Shown here: one piece after another, positions 10,585 through 22,500 of the stretch
Layout of the letters: each line of letters begins with the position of its first letter
How positions within the stretch are numbered: position 1 is the stretch's first letter
Assembly (NCBI GenBank): GCA_002633005.1
Contig: NMRA01000094.1
Coordinates: 86,208 to 150,207 of the forward strand
Reading direction: 5' to 3'
Source: Phoronis australis
Lineage: Eukaryota; Animalia; Phoronida
DNA length: 64,000 nt
The notes under the pieces: generated by a model
Seen by the model: only the letters and a program-made list of their open reading frames with translations
The model's database searches: none
What the model was told of the DNA's origin: nothing
Translations under genes and position numbers: made by a program

Positions 10585-13500
10585 CTGCAAAAAACAAAAG
10601 TGACGGGTGAAAAAAGTGCCTTCCTCCATTCTATACATCGGGACTTTCTTGGAACAGTCTTTAGCACAATCAATCTTTTCAAAGACAACAATGAAGAATT
10701 TTCATTTGCCTGCTACTCGAAGTACACTTTGACTGTAATTAAATAGCTGTTACTGAGAGTAGACACATTTACCTGTAGTTAGCTAACACTTACTTAGGAT
10801 AGACACATTTATCTGTAGTTAGCTGACTGTTACTTAGGATAGACACATTTACCTGTAGTTAGCTGACTCTTACTTAGGATAGACACATTTACCTGTAGTT
10901 AGCTGACTCTTACTTAGAGTAGACACATTTACATGTAGTTAGCTGACTGTTACTTAGAGTAGACACATTTACATGTAGTTAGCTGACTCTTACTTAGAGT
11001 AGACACATTTACATGTAGTTAGCTAACACTTACCTAGGATAGACACATTTACCTGTAGTTAGCTGACTCTTACTTAGAGTAGACACATTTACATGTAGTT
11101 AGCTGACTGTTACTTAGAGTAGACACATTTACATGTAGTTAGCTGACTCTTACTTAGAGTAGACACATTTACCTGTAGTTAGCTAACACTTACTTAGGAT
11201 AGACACATTTACCTGTAGTTAGCCGACTCTTACTTAGAGTAGACAAATTTACCTGTAGTTAACTGACTGTTACCTAGAGTAGACGCACTTACCTGTAGTT
11301 AGCTAACTCTTACTTAGGGTAGACAAATTTACCAGTAGTTAGCTAAAACTTACTTAGGCTAGACGCACTTACCTTTAGTTAGTTGACTGTTACTGAGTAG
11401 ACACATTTACCTGTAGTTAGCTAACACTTACTTAGGATAGACACATTTACATGTAGTTAGCTGACTCTTACTTAGAGTAGACACATTTACCTGTAGTTAG
11501 CTGACTGTTACTGGGAGTAGTAGAGCCGACAGGACACTGCGTAGATGAGGATGAGGATGATGATGACTCGTCATTGCCTTGGTCTAACTTGTTAATGTCA
11601 GTCTTAGACTGAGGCCCTGGTTTACCGTCATCTGGAAAAGACGTAGACAGATTTGCTTAAAAGCAACTTAATGTTGAAATTGAACAATGTTTTCCACAGA
11701 AATCTGATTAATGTGTAACACTCGGTTAACTTAACGGAGAAGATAGAAAGACATTAAACTTGTTTTGCTGACTGAGGGGAGTCTGAACACAGATGTCATT
11801 TCACCTGAATAACTTCTGAACTGAAATATGCTGTGCAGGTATTGTCCTAAAAAACAACATTACAGTGCAGAGATTGTTCTAAGAATCAGCACAGACAGAT
11901 AGCTACAGTGCACATCAAAAGTATTGACACAAGATAACTGTAAATTTCACCATCATGATGGCTTGGCGGAAGCTGAACTTATTATCAAAGTAGTGCTCCT
12001 CATGACTAAGAATAGCGGAATTAACAGTCAGGAAAATTCTTTGATTACTTTTATCTTACATTGTGAGACCTGATCTGTCTACCTCAAGGAGACAACATCT
12101 GAGCAGTATACCTCAAGTGAACTATAGATTATGAGCTGCCTGCCTCAAGCGAACTACAGCTGAGCAGTGTGTCTCAAGTGAACTATATATGAGCTGTCTG
12201 CTTCAAGTGAGCTACAGCTGAGCCGTGTGTCTCAAGTGAACTATAGATGAGCTGTCTGCCTCAAGTGAACTATAGATGAGCTGTCTTCCTCAAGTAAATT
12301 ACAACTGAGCTGTCCACCTCAAGTGAACTATAGACAAGCTTTCTGCCTCAAATGAACTACAGCTGTCTGCCTCAAGTGAACTACAGTTGAGATGGCTGCC
12401 TCAAGTGAGCCATAGATGACCTGTCTGCCTCAAGGGAATTATAGATAAATTGTCTGCCTCAAGTGAACTATAGATGAGTTGCCAGCCTCAAGTGAACTAC
12501 AGCTGAGCTATATACCTCAAGTGAACTATAGACGAGTTGTCTGCCTCAAATGAACTATAGATGAGTTGTCTGCAAAAAGTGAACTATGAGCAGCTGAGCT
12601 GTCTGCCTCAAGTGAATTTCAGCTGAGCTGGCAACGCATTTTAAGGAAAAAAAGTAAATGAACCAATACCTAGTTCATTCATTTGTCGTTTTTCACACTT
12701 TGGCATGAACTGCCTGTTCAGCTAAGGTTCACTGCAGGCAGACTGCTTAGCTGTAGACCTCGACTACACAGTCAAACAGTTGGGCATGGCAGGGAAATCA
12801 TCTTATTTTGATTTGTACATTTGAAAACACACATGCATTTTAATAAAGAAACAATAAAAACTACATTTTGCAAGAAGTGCCTGCCATAATCATAAAGATA
12901 TGGGAGAACTTACCTTCATGAAGCAATTTTTGCTTCACACGTTTTGACTGCCTCAGGGATTGAACAGTAGATGGCGAGAACGTAGCTGGGCGAATGAGAG
13001 GTCTTTTCTTGAGAGAAGACAAACTGGCTAGTGATGAGGGTGTGGTCGTGAACGCATTGTTAACTGTCAATGGGAATACGCCTAAATGGAGAGAAGACAA
13101 ACTGGCTAGTGCTGAGGGTGTATTGTTGTCACTGTAAACAAGCTGGCTGGTGATAAGTTTGTATTGTTGTCATAGTAAACAAACTGCCTAGTGATGAGGG
13201 TGTGTTGTTGTCACTGTGAACACTGATTAGTGATGAGGGTGTATTGTTGTCATTGTAAACAAACCGGCTAGTGATGGGGGGTATTGTTGTCATTGTACAA
13301 ACTGACTAGTGATGAGGGTGCATTGTTGTCATTGGAATCAAACTGGCTAGTGATGAGAGTGTATTGCTGTTACTGTAAACAAACTGGCTAGTGATGGGAG
13401 TGTATTGTTGTCATTGTAAACAAACCGGCTAGTGATGGGGGGTATTGTTGTCATTGTACAAACTGACTAGTGATGAGGGTGCATTGTTGTCATTGGAATC

Positions 13501-16500
13501 AAACTGGCTAGTGATGAGAGTGTATTGCTGTTACTGTAAACAAACTGGCTAGTGATGGGAGTGTATTGTTGTCATTGTAAACAAACCGGCTAGTGATGGG
13601 GGGTATTGTTGTCATTGTACAAACTGACTAGTGATGAGGGTGCATTGTTGTCATTGGAATCAAACTGGCTAGTGATGAGAGTGTATTGCTGTTACTGTAA
13701 ACAAACTGGCTAGTGATGGGAGTGTATTGTTGTCATTGTAAACAAACCGGCTAGTGATGGGGGTATTGTTGTCATTGTAAAAAAGTGACTAGTGATGAGG
13801 GTGTATTGTTGTCATTGAACAAACTGACTAGTGATGAGGGTGCATTGTTGTCATTGAACAAACTGGCTAGTGATGAGGGTGTATTGTTGTCATTGTAAAC
13901 AAACCGGCTAGTGATGGGGGTATTGTTGTCATTGTACAAAGTGACTAGTGATGAGGGTGCATTGTTGTCATTGTAAACAAACTGGCTAGTGATGAGAGTG
14001 TATTGCTGTTACTGTAAACAAACTGGCTAGTGATGGGAATGTATTGTTGTCATTGTACACAAACTTACACAGAGAACAATACCAAAATATATGATGGTAA
14101 TAAAAGTAATAATAAAAGTAATAATAATACCAATTTGCTAAGTGTGTTGGTATTTGTAGGGCATTTACAATTAAATATCTTCAATACAAGAATCTCTTAA
14201 TTTCGCATTTTCAATACACACAAATGCACTCCTCTAGTTTGTAAAAAGCATCCATATTTTAGAAACATTTCAATGAACACAAAAACTCATAGCCTTGCAG
14301 ACACATATCAATAGTTTTTAAGGAAAGCAGAAATTAAGGATATTACACAGTTCTATAATTAATTTTCTAGCGCTCCATTCTTGTGGAATAAGCAAGTGAT
14401 TGTATACTGTATTATTCAGTGATACAGCCTTACATATATAAAACCGGGACAGTGTTAAAAGTTGTTCAGTGACACAGCCTTCCACACAGCATACAAGTGG
14501 CTGTACAGGTGCTAAGTGTTATTCAGTGATAGCCTTCCATACATCAAACGGGTGGCTGTACAGTGTTAAGTGTTATTCAGTGACACAGACTTCCAAACAT
14601 TAAACAGTTGGCCCTATAGTGTTGAGCACTATTCAGTGACACAGTCCTCAGTGGCGGATCTAGGATATCACAAGGGGGGCCCAACATTTTGTCTGTTAAC
14701 ATTTGCACACAGCACGATTGTAGATGCGCATAGCACCAAATGGGGGGGAGGTCGGGGGGTAAACCCCCCTCCTGCCCAGGAAAACTTTTGTGTTTTTTCT
14801 TTTAAAAATCAAGCATTTTCCTTGATTCCTGAAGTATTATCCAAGAAAAAAGGCAAAGAAAAAAGAACGTGTCAAACTTGAAAAACTGCAATAACCACAG
14901 ACTCGAACTCACGACCTGGCGGATAGAGCGCGCGTGCTTTACCACTGCACCACCACGAATTCACTCGTAACGTGATACTAAAAGACTAACTTGTTTATGG
15001 TCCACAGCGTTTGCACACGAAACCTACTTCTTTTTGTAATGCTTATTACACTTTTTATATTCTGTGCAATCAGTTCGTAACAAATTTGTTGTATTTAAAA
15101 TAGTCTTCAATTGCCCAAAAGACCAAATCCGTTTTTTTGTGTTGGCATTAATGACGCGATTGCTGTGAAAATCGTCTGAAGTTAAGGTTTGACAAAAATA
15201 GAATTATGAGTTTCTGAGTGATTCACTAAGGCTTCGATTAAAATTCACATCTTACCAGCAGCTTCTGTTTTTTCATCGTCACTCAGATTCCATTTTCTTT
15301 AAAAAATGAAGTAGTTTTCTTCATTGCACAGTGAAGCAGACGACGGAAACGGAGCCGTAGTGCGCAGCGCCACTGCCGGTCACCTGGGATAACGCGGTAC
15401 AGCCTATACTTAGCCATAGATCCGTTACGATTGCGCTGTGTTCCGAATTTGACACTTGAAATTGGATCTGAGCCCCCCCAAACACACTAAAACTGCACAC
15501 ATTTAAATCTTGTTTCAGCCATATAATTTTAATTACCGGGGTTAATTAATAAACTCAACATTTACCTACGCCCTTGCTATTTTATTTTTTTGCGGCAGCC
15601 ACCTATGGTCCTCCATATATGTAAAACAGGTTGACACAAACAAGTCAATGATACAAGATTGCAAAACTAGTCTACTTAATAAAGGACTGAAAATAGTCAA
15701 TGGTCAACGTACTGGCAGAGTTGGACCGTTTCTTAGGTGTCCCCAGTGACAATCCGTCCAGCTGAGAGTTTACTACAGGCTCTCCTGCTTCAGAAGGGTG
15801 GGATCCAACCCAAGATGATTGCCTGATCACATCACATGAGTCCAGGTCACTAGCCAATGAAATGTCACCCGCTTGAGATGCTGCCATGCTACCGTCACAT
15901 GACATGTTTGAGTTGTCGAAATCGTATCTCCGTCTGTGAAAACACAGAAAATTGCCCAGTAGAACTAAGTTACCAGAAATTTGAAGAAGGCAATAAAACC
16001 AAGATTAGAGTCAGATTTATGAAAATGACACACATGGAAATTAGGAGAACCCACCTTGTGTTTTTCCGGCTCTTGATGGAAACACGGCGACACACTGCAC
16101 ACCAAAAAGACAAAAATGTACAGAACAGAGCCACCCCAGTCTGCAGGAGGTAAATGTCGGAGGGTTCCAACCCTTGCACCTGACCCAGGTATGCCTTACC
16201 TGGATGAAGGGCAATCAGGCCTAGCCAGGTAAAACTCACCATGGCATCCACCAGGTACAAACTGAAAACAATGACAATAATAATCATATATTAATAATAG
16301 TAATAGCGAGCATTACACTGAATCATGAGTAAATTAACAAAAATGACGAAATTTGGCCAACTTTAGAACATTATGACATAAAAATGGCTAGTAGCATTCA
16401 TACAGTAATTTACCAAGTGTACTATTAACAAAAATGATCCAATGACTAGAAAACGTTTTTAAAAACTTCAACTTTTGCATAAGGCACTATAAAAACTATA

Positions 16501-19500
16501 GGACTTTTTATGACTTTTTAACAGATGAATAGATAATGAACCATTAACTTTATATGCTGATGACAAGGTTCTGTGTTCAAGCACTCAAATTCATTTGCAA
16601 AGAATGTTAAACTGCCTTTAAGATTATTGTTCTTCTTGGGGCATGAGTGTAAATCTGAAGAAAACTGAGATCATTGTTTTTAGAAATGGCAGGCCACTCA
16701 GAGCATACGAGAAGTGGAATTATGGAAATCAATTAGTGGAGGTCGTCTCACAAATATAAATATCTTGGAATATTTTTTACACCAAGATTAGTTTGGTCCA
16801 AAGCGACTAAAACTCTGGCACGTCAAGGTAGTAAAGCTGCTATGTCTATCTCTAAAATTAGAAACCATTGAGTCACTTGAACTGTTTGATAAATTGTCGA
16901 ACCAACTATGTGCTATGGTGCGGAAATCAGGGTATTCAAAGAATATGAATGGCTTGAAAATGTAATGTTAAATTCTGTAAAATTGCTATTGGGGTTGGAA
17001 ACTCTTGTTCAAATACAGCTGTATTGGGCAAATGTGGATTTTTTCCGCTGTATGCAAAGTACTATGTCACATGTGTAAAATATTGGCTAAAGTTGTTGAA
17101 AATGCCACCTAGTAGACATGCTAAAGTGGCTTACGACATGTTAGCTGATTTAGAACGGAACAGAAGATATACTTGGGTAACTTGTGTTAGATAATTGCTA
17201 TCAAAATACGGTTTTTATGCCTTGCATGGGAATTATGACTTTTAGTAGTGGAGAATGCTAGCTTACATCAAAAGGACATTGCTAGAGGCAACCTGAGGCT
17301 TCAGGTTGCCTCTAGCATCAATCACGGAGGAGTTTAAAGTAGGAAAGTGCAGGCTGGTTCTCACATTACGTGACTCTAGAGATCCAAAGGTGAGGGATGC
17401 TGGCGTCATGACAAGATCAGGGAGACGGTGGTCAGCAGACACATCTGTGAGCCAGGCGGAGAGTTTGTTACAGATCAGAGATATAATTGGAAGCACCTGC
17501 GTAGGACGCCAGGGGTTGGGGACATCCCAGTTCCAGCAGTGGGAAAAAGCGAGTGAGAGGCAGCGGAGGGAGATGGTCCAAGCTGAGGTGAGAGCAGCGG
17601 AGGAGGAAGCCCGTAAAGCCAAGGCAGTCCAACTAAGCCAGCAGGGAGCATGGACCAGGTGGAACCTTCCAGAGAGGAAAATATCGTGGGCAGACGTTTG
17701 GAGTATGGAGCCGATGCGTGTCCAGTTTCTACTTCGCTCGGTTTACGACGTGTTACCATCGCCTGCAAACCTTCTTCGCTGGGGCCTAGTGGATGACCCA
17801 GCCTGCCAGTTGTGCGGAGGAAGAGGTACGTTGGCCCACATCTTATCAGGGTGTAAGATGGCACTACAGCAGGGCCGATACAGGTGGCGTCATGACCAAG
17901 TACTGAAGACCCTTGCAGACATCATAGATGGAGAGCGTAAGACAAGAGTAACACAGCCTAGGGCAAGCAGACAGCACATACAATTCGTCAGGGAAGGTGA
18001 GATACGGAAGAAGTCACGTCAGCAGCCTTGCATCCTGGATGGAGTAAGCTGGGAAATGAGAGTAGATCTGGGAAGAAAGCTTGTGTTCCCGAGTATTGTG
18101 GAAACATCACTTCGGCCTGACATCATTCTGTGGTCGGACATTCATCAATGTATAGTGATTATAGAGCTTACGGTGCCTTGGGAGGAAGGATGCGAAGAGG
18201 CCCATGAGAGGAAATTATCTAAGTATAGCGAGCTGGCGGAGACATGTAGAGCTCGGGGCTGGCGAACTTGGTTGTTTCCTGTAGAGGTGGGATGTAGAGG
18301 ATTCCCTGCAAGATCTGTATGGTGGTTGCTGGAGAAGATTGGTGTGCGAGGGGGAAGGAAGAAAGCTGCAGTGAGAAGACTGGGCGAGACAGCTGAGAGG
18401 ACATCTTGTTGGCTGTGGTACCGTCGGAATGAAGGAAGTTGGAGGCCTCAGTGATGCACAGTGGGTTGGCCGCCACTGTGGACCCACCAGTGGAGACCGT
18501 TATGGTTTAGGGTCGAAACGAGTCGAGGAAGCTGGATGCCATCTGACGACATCAAGCTACGCCTCCAACTAGTTAGTGTACGGCAGGTAGAAGAGAATCC
18601 TGGTTTAGCTGTTACGAAGAAGGGGCGACAAGACGTCAGACTACATAGAAGCCTGACAACTATTGAGGCAGATAATATCACTGTAAGTACACACATGGGC
18701 ATAGTATTGATATTATTGTTTTCATGACTACAAAATTTCACGTGCCTTTCTTTTTTGCTTAATTTCATTAAACACACTTTGAGGTGGTAACATCATTTCT
18801 AAACTATATTCATTTATTTACACTAACTCTAGCTTATTTTCATTGGCATGATGTTTCCGTTCGTCATTTCTCCAGCCATATGTAGGTGTTACAGCGCTGT
18901 TAGAAGTAACACCTAAAGATGGCCGCAGAACTGCCTGACCAAAATGTGCCAATGTAAATAGGTTAGACGTCGGTGCAAAAAAGACCAATGGATTTGAGAA
19001 ATAATAAAGTCCGTAGTTCTGCAGAAATACACTCGTCTGATTTGCCAAAGATTTTACTAACATCCCATCAACCTATGATACACGTTTTGGTTATATGGTT
19101 AATAAGCCATAAAACACTGTAACACAAATTATAGCGCATCCAACACAAAATGTACATTGGTGTCAGTACGACATAATTCTAATAATGAATGCTACAGTGA
19201 TGTCATGTAAAATAATTTAAAGGTAAAGTCAAGTCAAACGATGTTCTGTTGCTATTCATAATACATATTGTCGTGTTGAAACCAAAACTTACCTATGTTT
19301 GCCATGAAGGAATATTGCAGCGAGAGCAGAGAATAACCCCAGAAACACCTGGCCTTGGGCATGTTCATACAAGAGCTGTATGTATCGAACAACCACCTTG
19401 GGAAGAGTGATGTTAATACTCAACACCTTTGATTGGCTGTCTCTGTTCAAATGATAGGCACTGACCCCCAACAGTGACAGTGTACATAATAGTGAGGTGA

Positions 19501-22500
19501 ACCTGAGGAGAGACACATGCAGCGGGCTGTGCACTCTACATGTCACGTGACCCTGCAATAACAGTGTAATTAAATTCTTACCAAGGGGGTTACAAGTCAG
19601 ATCACTTGAGATCTACTTTTATTAACAGAAGATTTAAAGCCTAACTTCAACGGAATTTTGTTATTTTAGATGTATTGGGCTAACCAGGTACTCCCAGCAA
19701 AGCCTCAGCAAAATAACAAAACGCGGGTTTAATCACGCAAATGTAGGCCCATCAAATGATAGGTAAAGCTACATTTTGTGCAATATTGTGTCACCGCGAG
19801 ATCCCTGCACAAACAACAAAAGGTCGATAACAGTCGTATTGAATATGGTCTGAATAGAACACCCTTGCGTGTGGATATTATTCGCAGTTGTTTAAATTAA
19901 AAGGTGATTCTCGCGGTGACATAGACATTAGCAAACCAATACGCCAAACAATTCGTTACATTTGACAATTTATGGAACTAGTGGGCTCAGAACAATGCTC
20001 TTAATATACTGTAAGATCCAAATTTACAAGTGTTACCGTTCAAGATAGGCTTTAAGACTAAAGGTGGTTCAAAGTTAAACCTGATTTAAATTGGATTTAG
20101 ACCAGGTTTAAAGATAATCTGCATTTCATAAAGGTGGTTTAACTTTTAGACCAGGTTTAACTCCAGTTTTGACCTAGTCCAAGTCATTTTCCCAACAAGG
20201 CTATGTTCCTTAGACCTGTATTAAGATCTTAAACCAGGTTTAACTTTAGACCTGGTCAGACCTAGGTTTAACACTGTTAAATATGGCGGACTTGCTCCAT
20301 ATAGTAGTCCTCAACTGTGCAGCTGAATGATGCCGCAGTGTGCATCACTGACGCAATTTTAGAGCGAGAAAGGATTATTTTCAATTTTCAGTTTTACACA
20401 GACACAAGATCAAACGTAGACCAGTATGTGTTGCAGGGTGTCCTTCGGACTCCTCAGAATACGACTGGTCGAGCAGGGCGTCATCATCGTAAGCGACACG
20501 GGTGGGACTGAGTTCCACCTGCATTGGTCCCAGATTTAAGGTTGCTGGGCAGGAGTCTTACCCCCACCCCTGTCCACAAAAATAAAACAGTAAAAATGAC
20601 ATGGTATTTATTATGTTGCTGCTAATGTGTGTACGTGTGAATGAAAAATGTCCCCTCGTGAAATCTTAGATCTGGCACTGGGTCACTCAATGTTTTCTTT
20701 ATAGCAATTTTTTCACTGATGAAATTTTCTTTCTGACCTTCATTTTTGAGTGATGCCCTTTGACTGTCGTTGCATTTCTCCGATTACGGGAAACTGTGCA
20801 AGCAGTCTGGACTAATATCTCTCCGAGTCTTGCTTTGGCACCAGTTTTCTTGTTCTCTATAACATTGGCTTTTCTTCTGATCAGTTCAGGGAGGGAAATT
20901 TTTACTCATGAGAAAATCTTTTAGACCTGATTCCACCTATAACTGTGTGCTGTCATTGAAACTGTGTGCTGTCATTGAAACCCACGTGGTCATAGTTCCA
21001 GTGAAGCACTTCAATAGTTTCTTTGTTGGGTTAATCCAGCTCGACACAGTAGGGTCCTTGGATACTTTAAACCTGGTTTTACTGAACCTGCTCTCTGGTC
21101 TAAAAAAATCAGGCTTCCAGGTTGGTGAAATGTAAGTTAGGTCTAAAATTAGACCAGGTTTAGGATGACCAGGTTTAAGAGTTAAACCACTGATTTTGTT
21201 AAACCATCTTTGTAAAATTAGCTGTTAGTGTCTACATCTTGCGGCTTGATTTCATAAAATTTATCTGTTTATGCTTATGAATGGAAATCTCCTTCTAACA
21301 AGTTACATGATTCACTCACATATATTGATGACGTGTCTGAGTCTTTAAGGCGGGCCTCGAGCAGCTTTGAGCGTAGTTTATGATCCTGCTTTGCCAGTTT
21401 GTGACTGACAGTAGCCTGGCATTGATGACACAGCATGTAGGAGTGGTCTAGCTGGTATTTGAACAATTCCACCTCGGAGTCATAGTTGCTCTGAAACGAA
21501 CATTTAACGGCATTGTTAACACAAAAATAAGATCAGAACAAACCAATAACATTATCAGGTTGTAGACTAACATTACCAGTAAAACAGTACTATGTTACCA
21601 ATGTCTAACTTCTTCCGTACAATTTGTTCAACAATTGTTCCTGAAACTGAGACAAAAATCCAGAAAACAAAAAATTTGTAAAATCCTCAGCCAAAGCAGA
21701 GCCCCATCATGGCAAAATATTTAATGCTACCCATTCTACATGAACAGGCTTCACACAAGTCAGTCAACCAACTATAACAAGACTAGCATCAACATACAGG
21801 TATGGAACAATGCCTTTTAAACAGCTTATACGAGGTAGACCACAAAATTTCTCACTGCTTGAGTAGTCCTGCTCATCATCTCGTCATGGTGGAGCTAAGG
21901 ACCGGACGGGGTGAACGCAACAGAAATCTACGATTCAACCAACACTCACCTTACCTGTTACAGCCATTTTAAGTGAAAAACAATCTAGTAAACATTATTT
22001 TTGTGAATCATTCAATGGCTATAGAAACAAAGACAAGTTTGTTGTCAACTTGAAAAATGTACGCTGAGCCCATTTGTTAAACAAGCCTTGCCACAGAAAT
22101 CTGAATGACCAATCGTGACCACCATGGTCAGTATTACCTGGTCGACAGGTAAAAAGCCAGCCCACCATGGCCAGTGTTACCTGATTGACAGGTACAAAGC
22201 TATCCCACCATGGCCAATGTTACCTGATTGACAGGTACAAAGCTAGCACACCAAGGCCAGCATTATCTGATTGACAGGTACAAAGCTAGCCCACCAAGGC
22301 CAACATTACCTGATTGACAGGTACAAATCCACCCCACCAAGGCCAGTATTACCTGATTGGCAGGTACAAAGCCAGCACACCAAGGCCAGTATTACCCGAT
22401 TGACAGGTACAAAGTCAGCACACCAAGGCCAGTATTACCTGATTTAAAGGTACAAAGCTAGCCCACCAAGGCCAGTATTACCTGATTGACAGGTACAAAG

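Larger units (their letters stand above)
17280..18680 (+). mobile_element. 5'-truncated HERO-clade-like (RLE) non-LTR retrotransposon in TMEM201 intron 5
   Basis: GC-richer block with an intact C-terminal ORF and structured 3' UTR; 3' boundary approximate; no TSD identified. Confidence 0.85.

Noticed and set aside
8326-14062. Tandem arrays as CRISPR arrays
   Set aside because: No unique spacers, no cas genes, eukaryotic intronic context
18515-18553. Conventional type II hammerhead reading (GAAAC-GA-GUC then stem I)
   Set aside because: Stem III would have a 2-nt loop and the bases after GUC do not pair with those before CUGACGA; only the rearranged topology pairs
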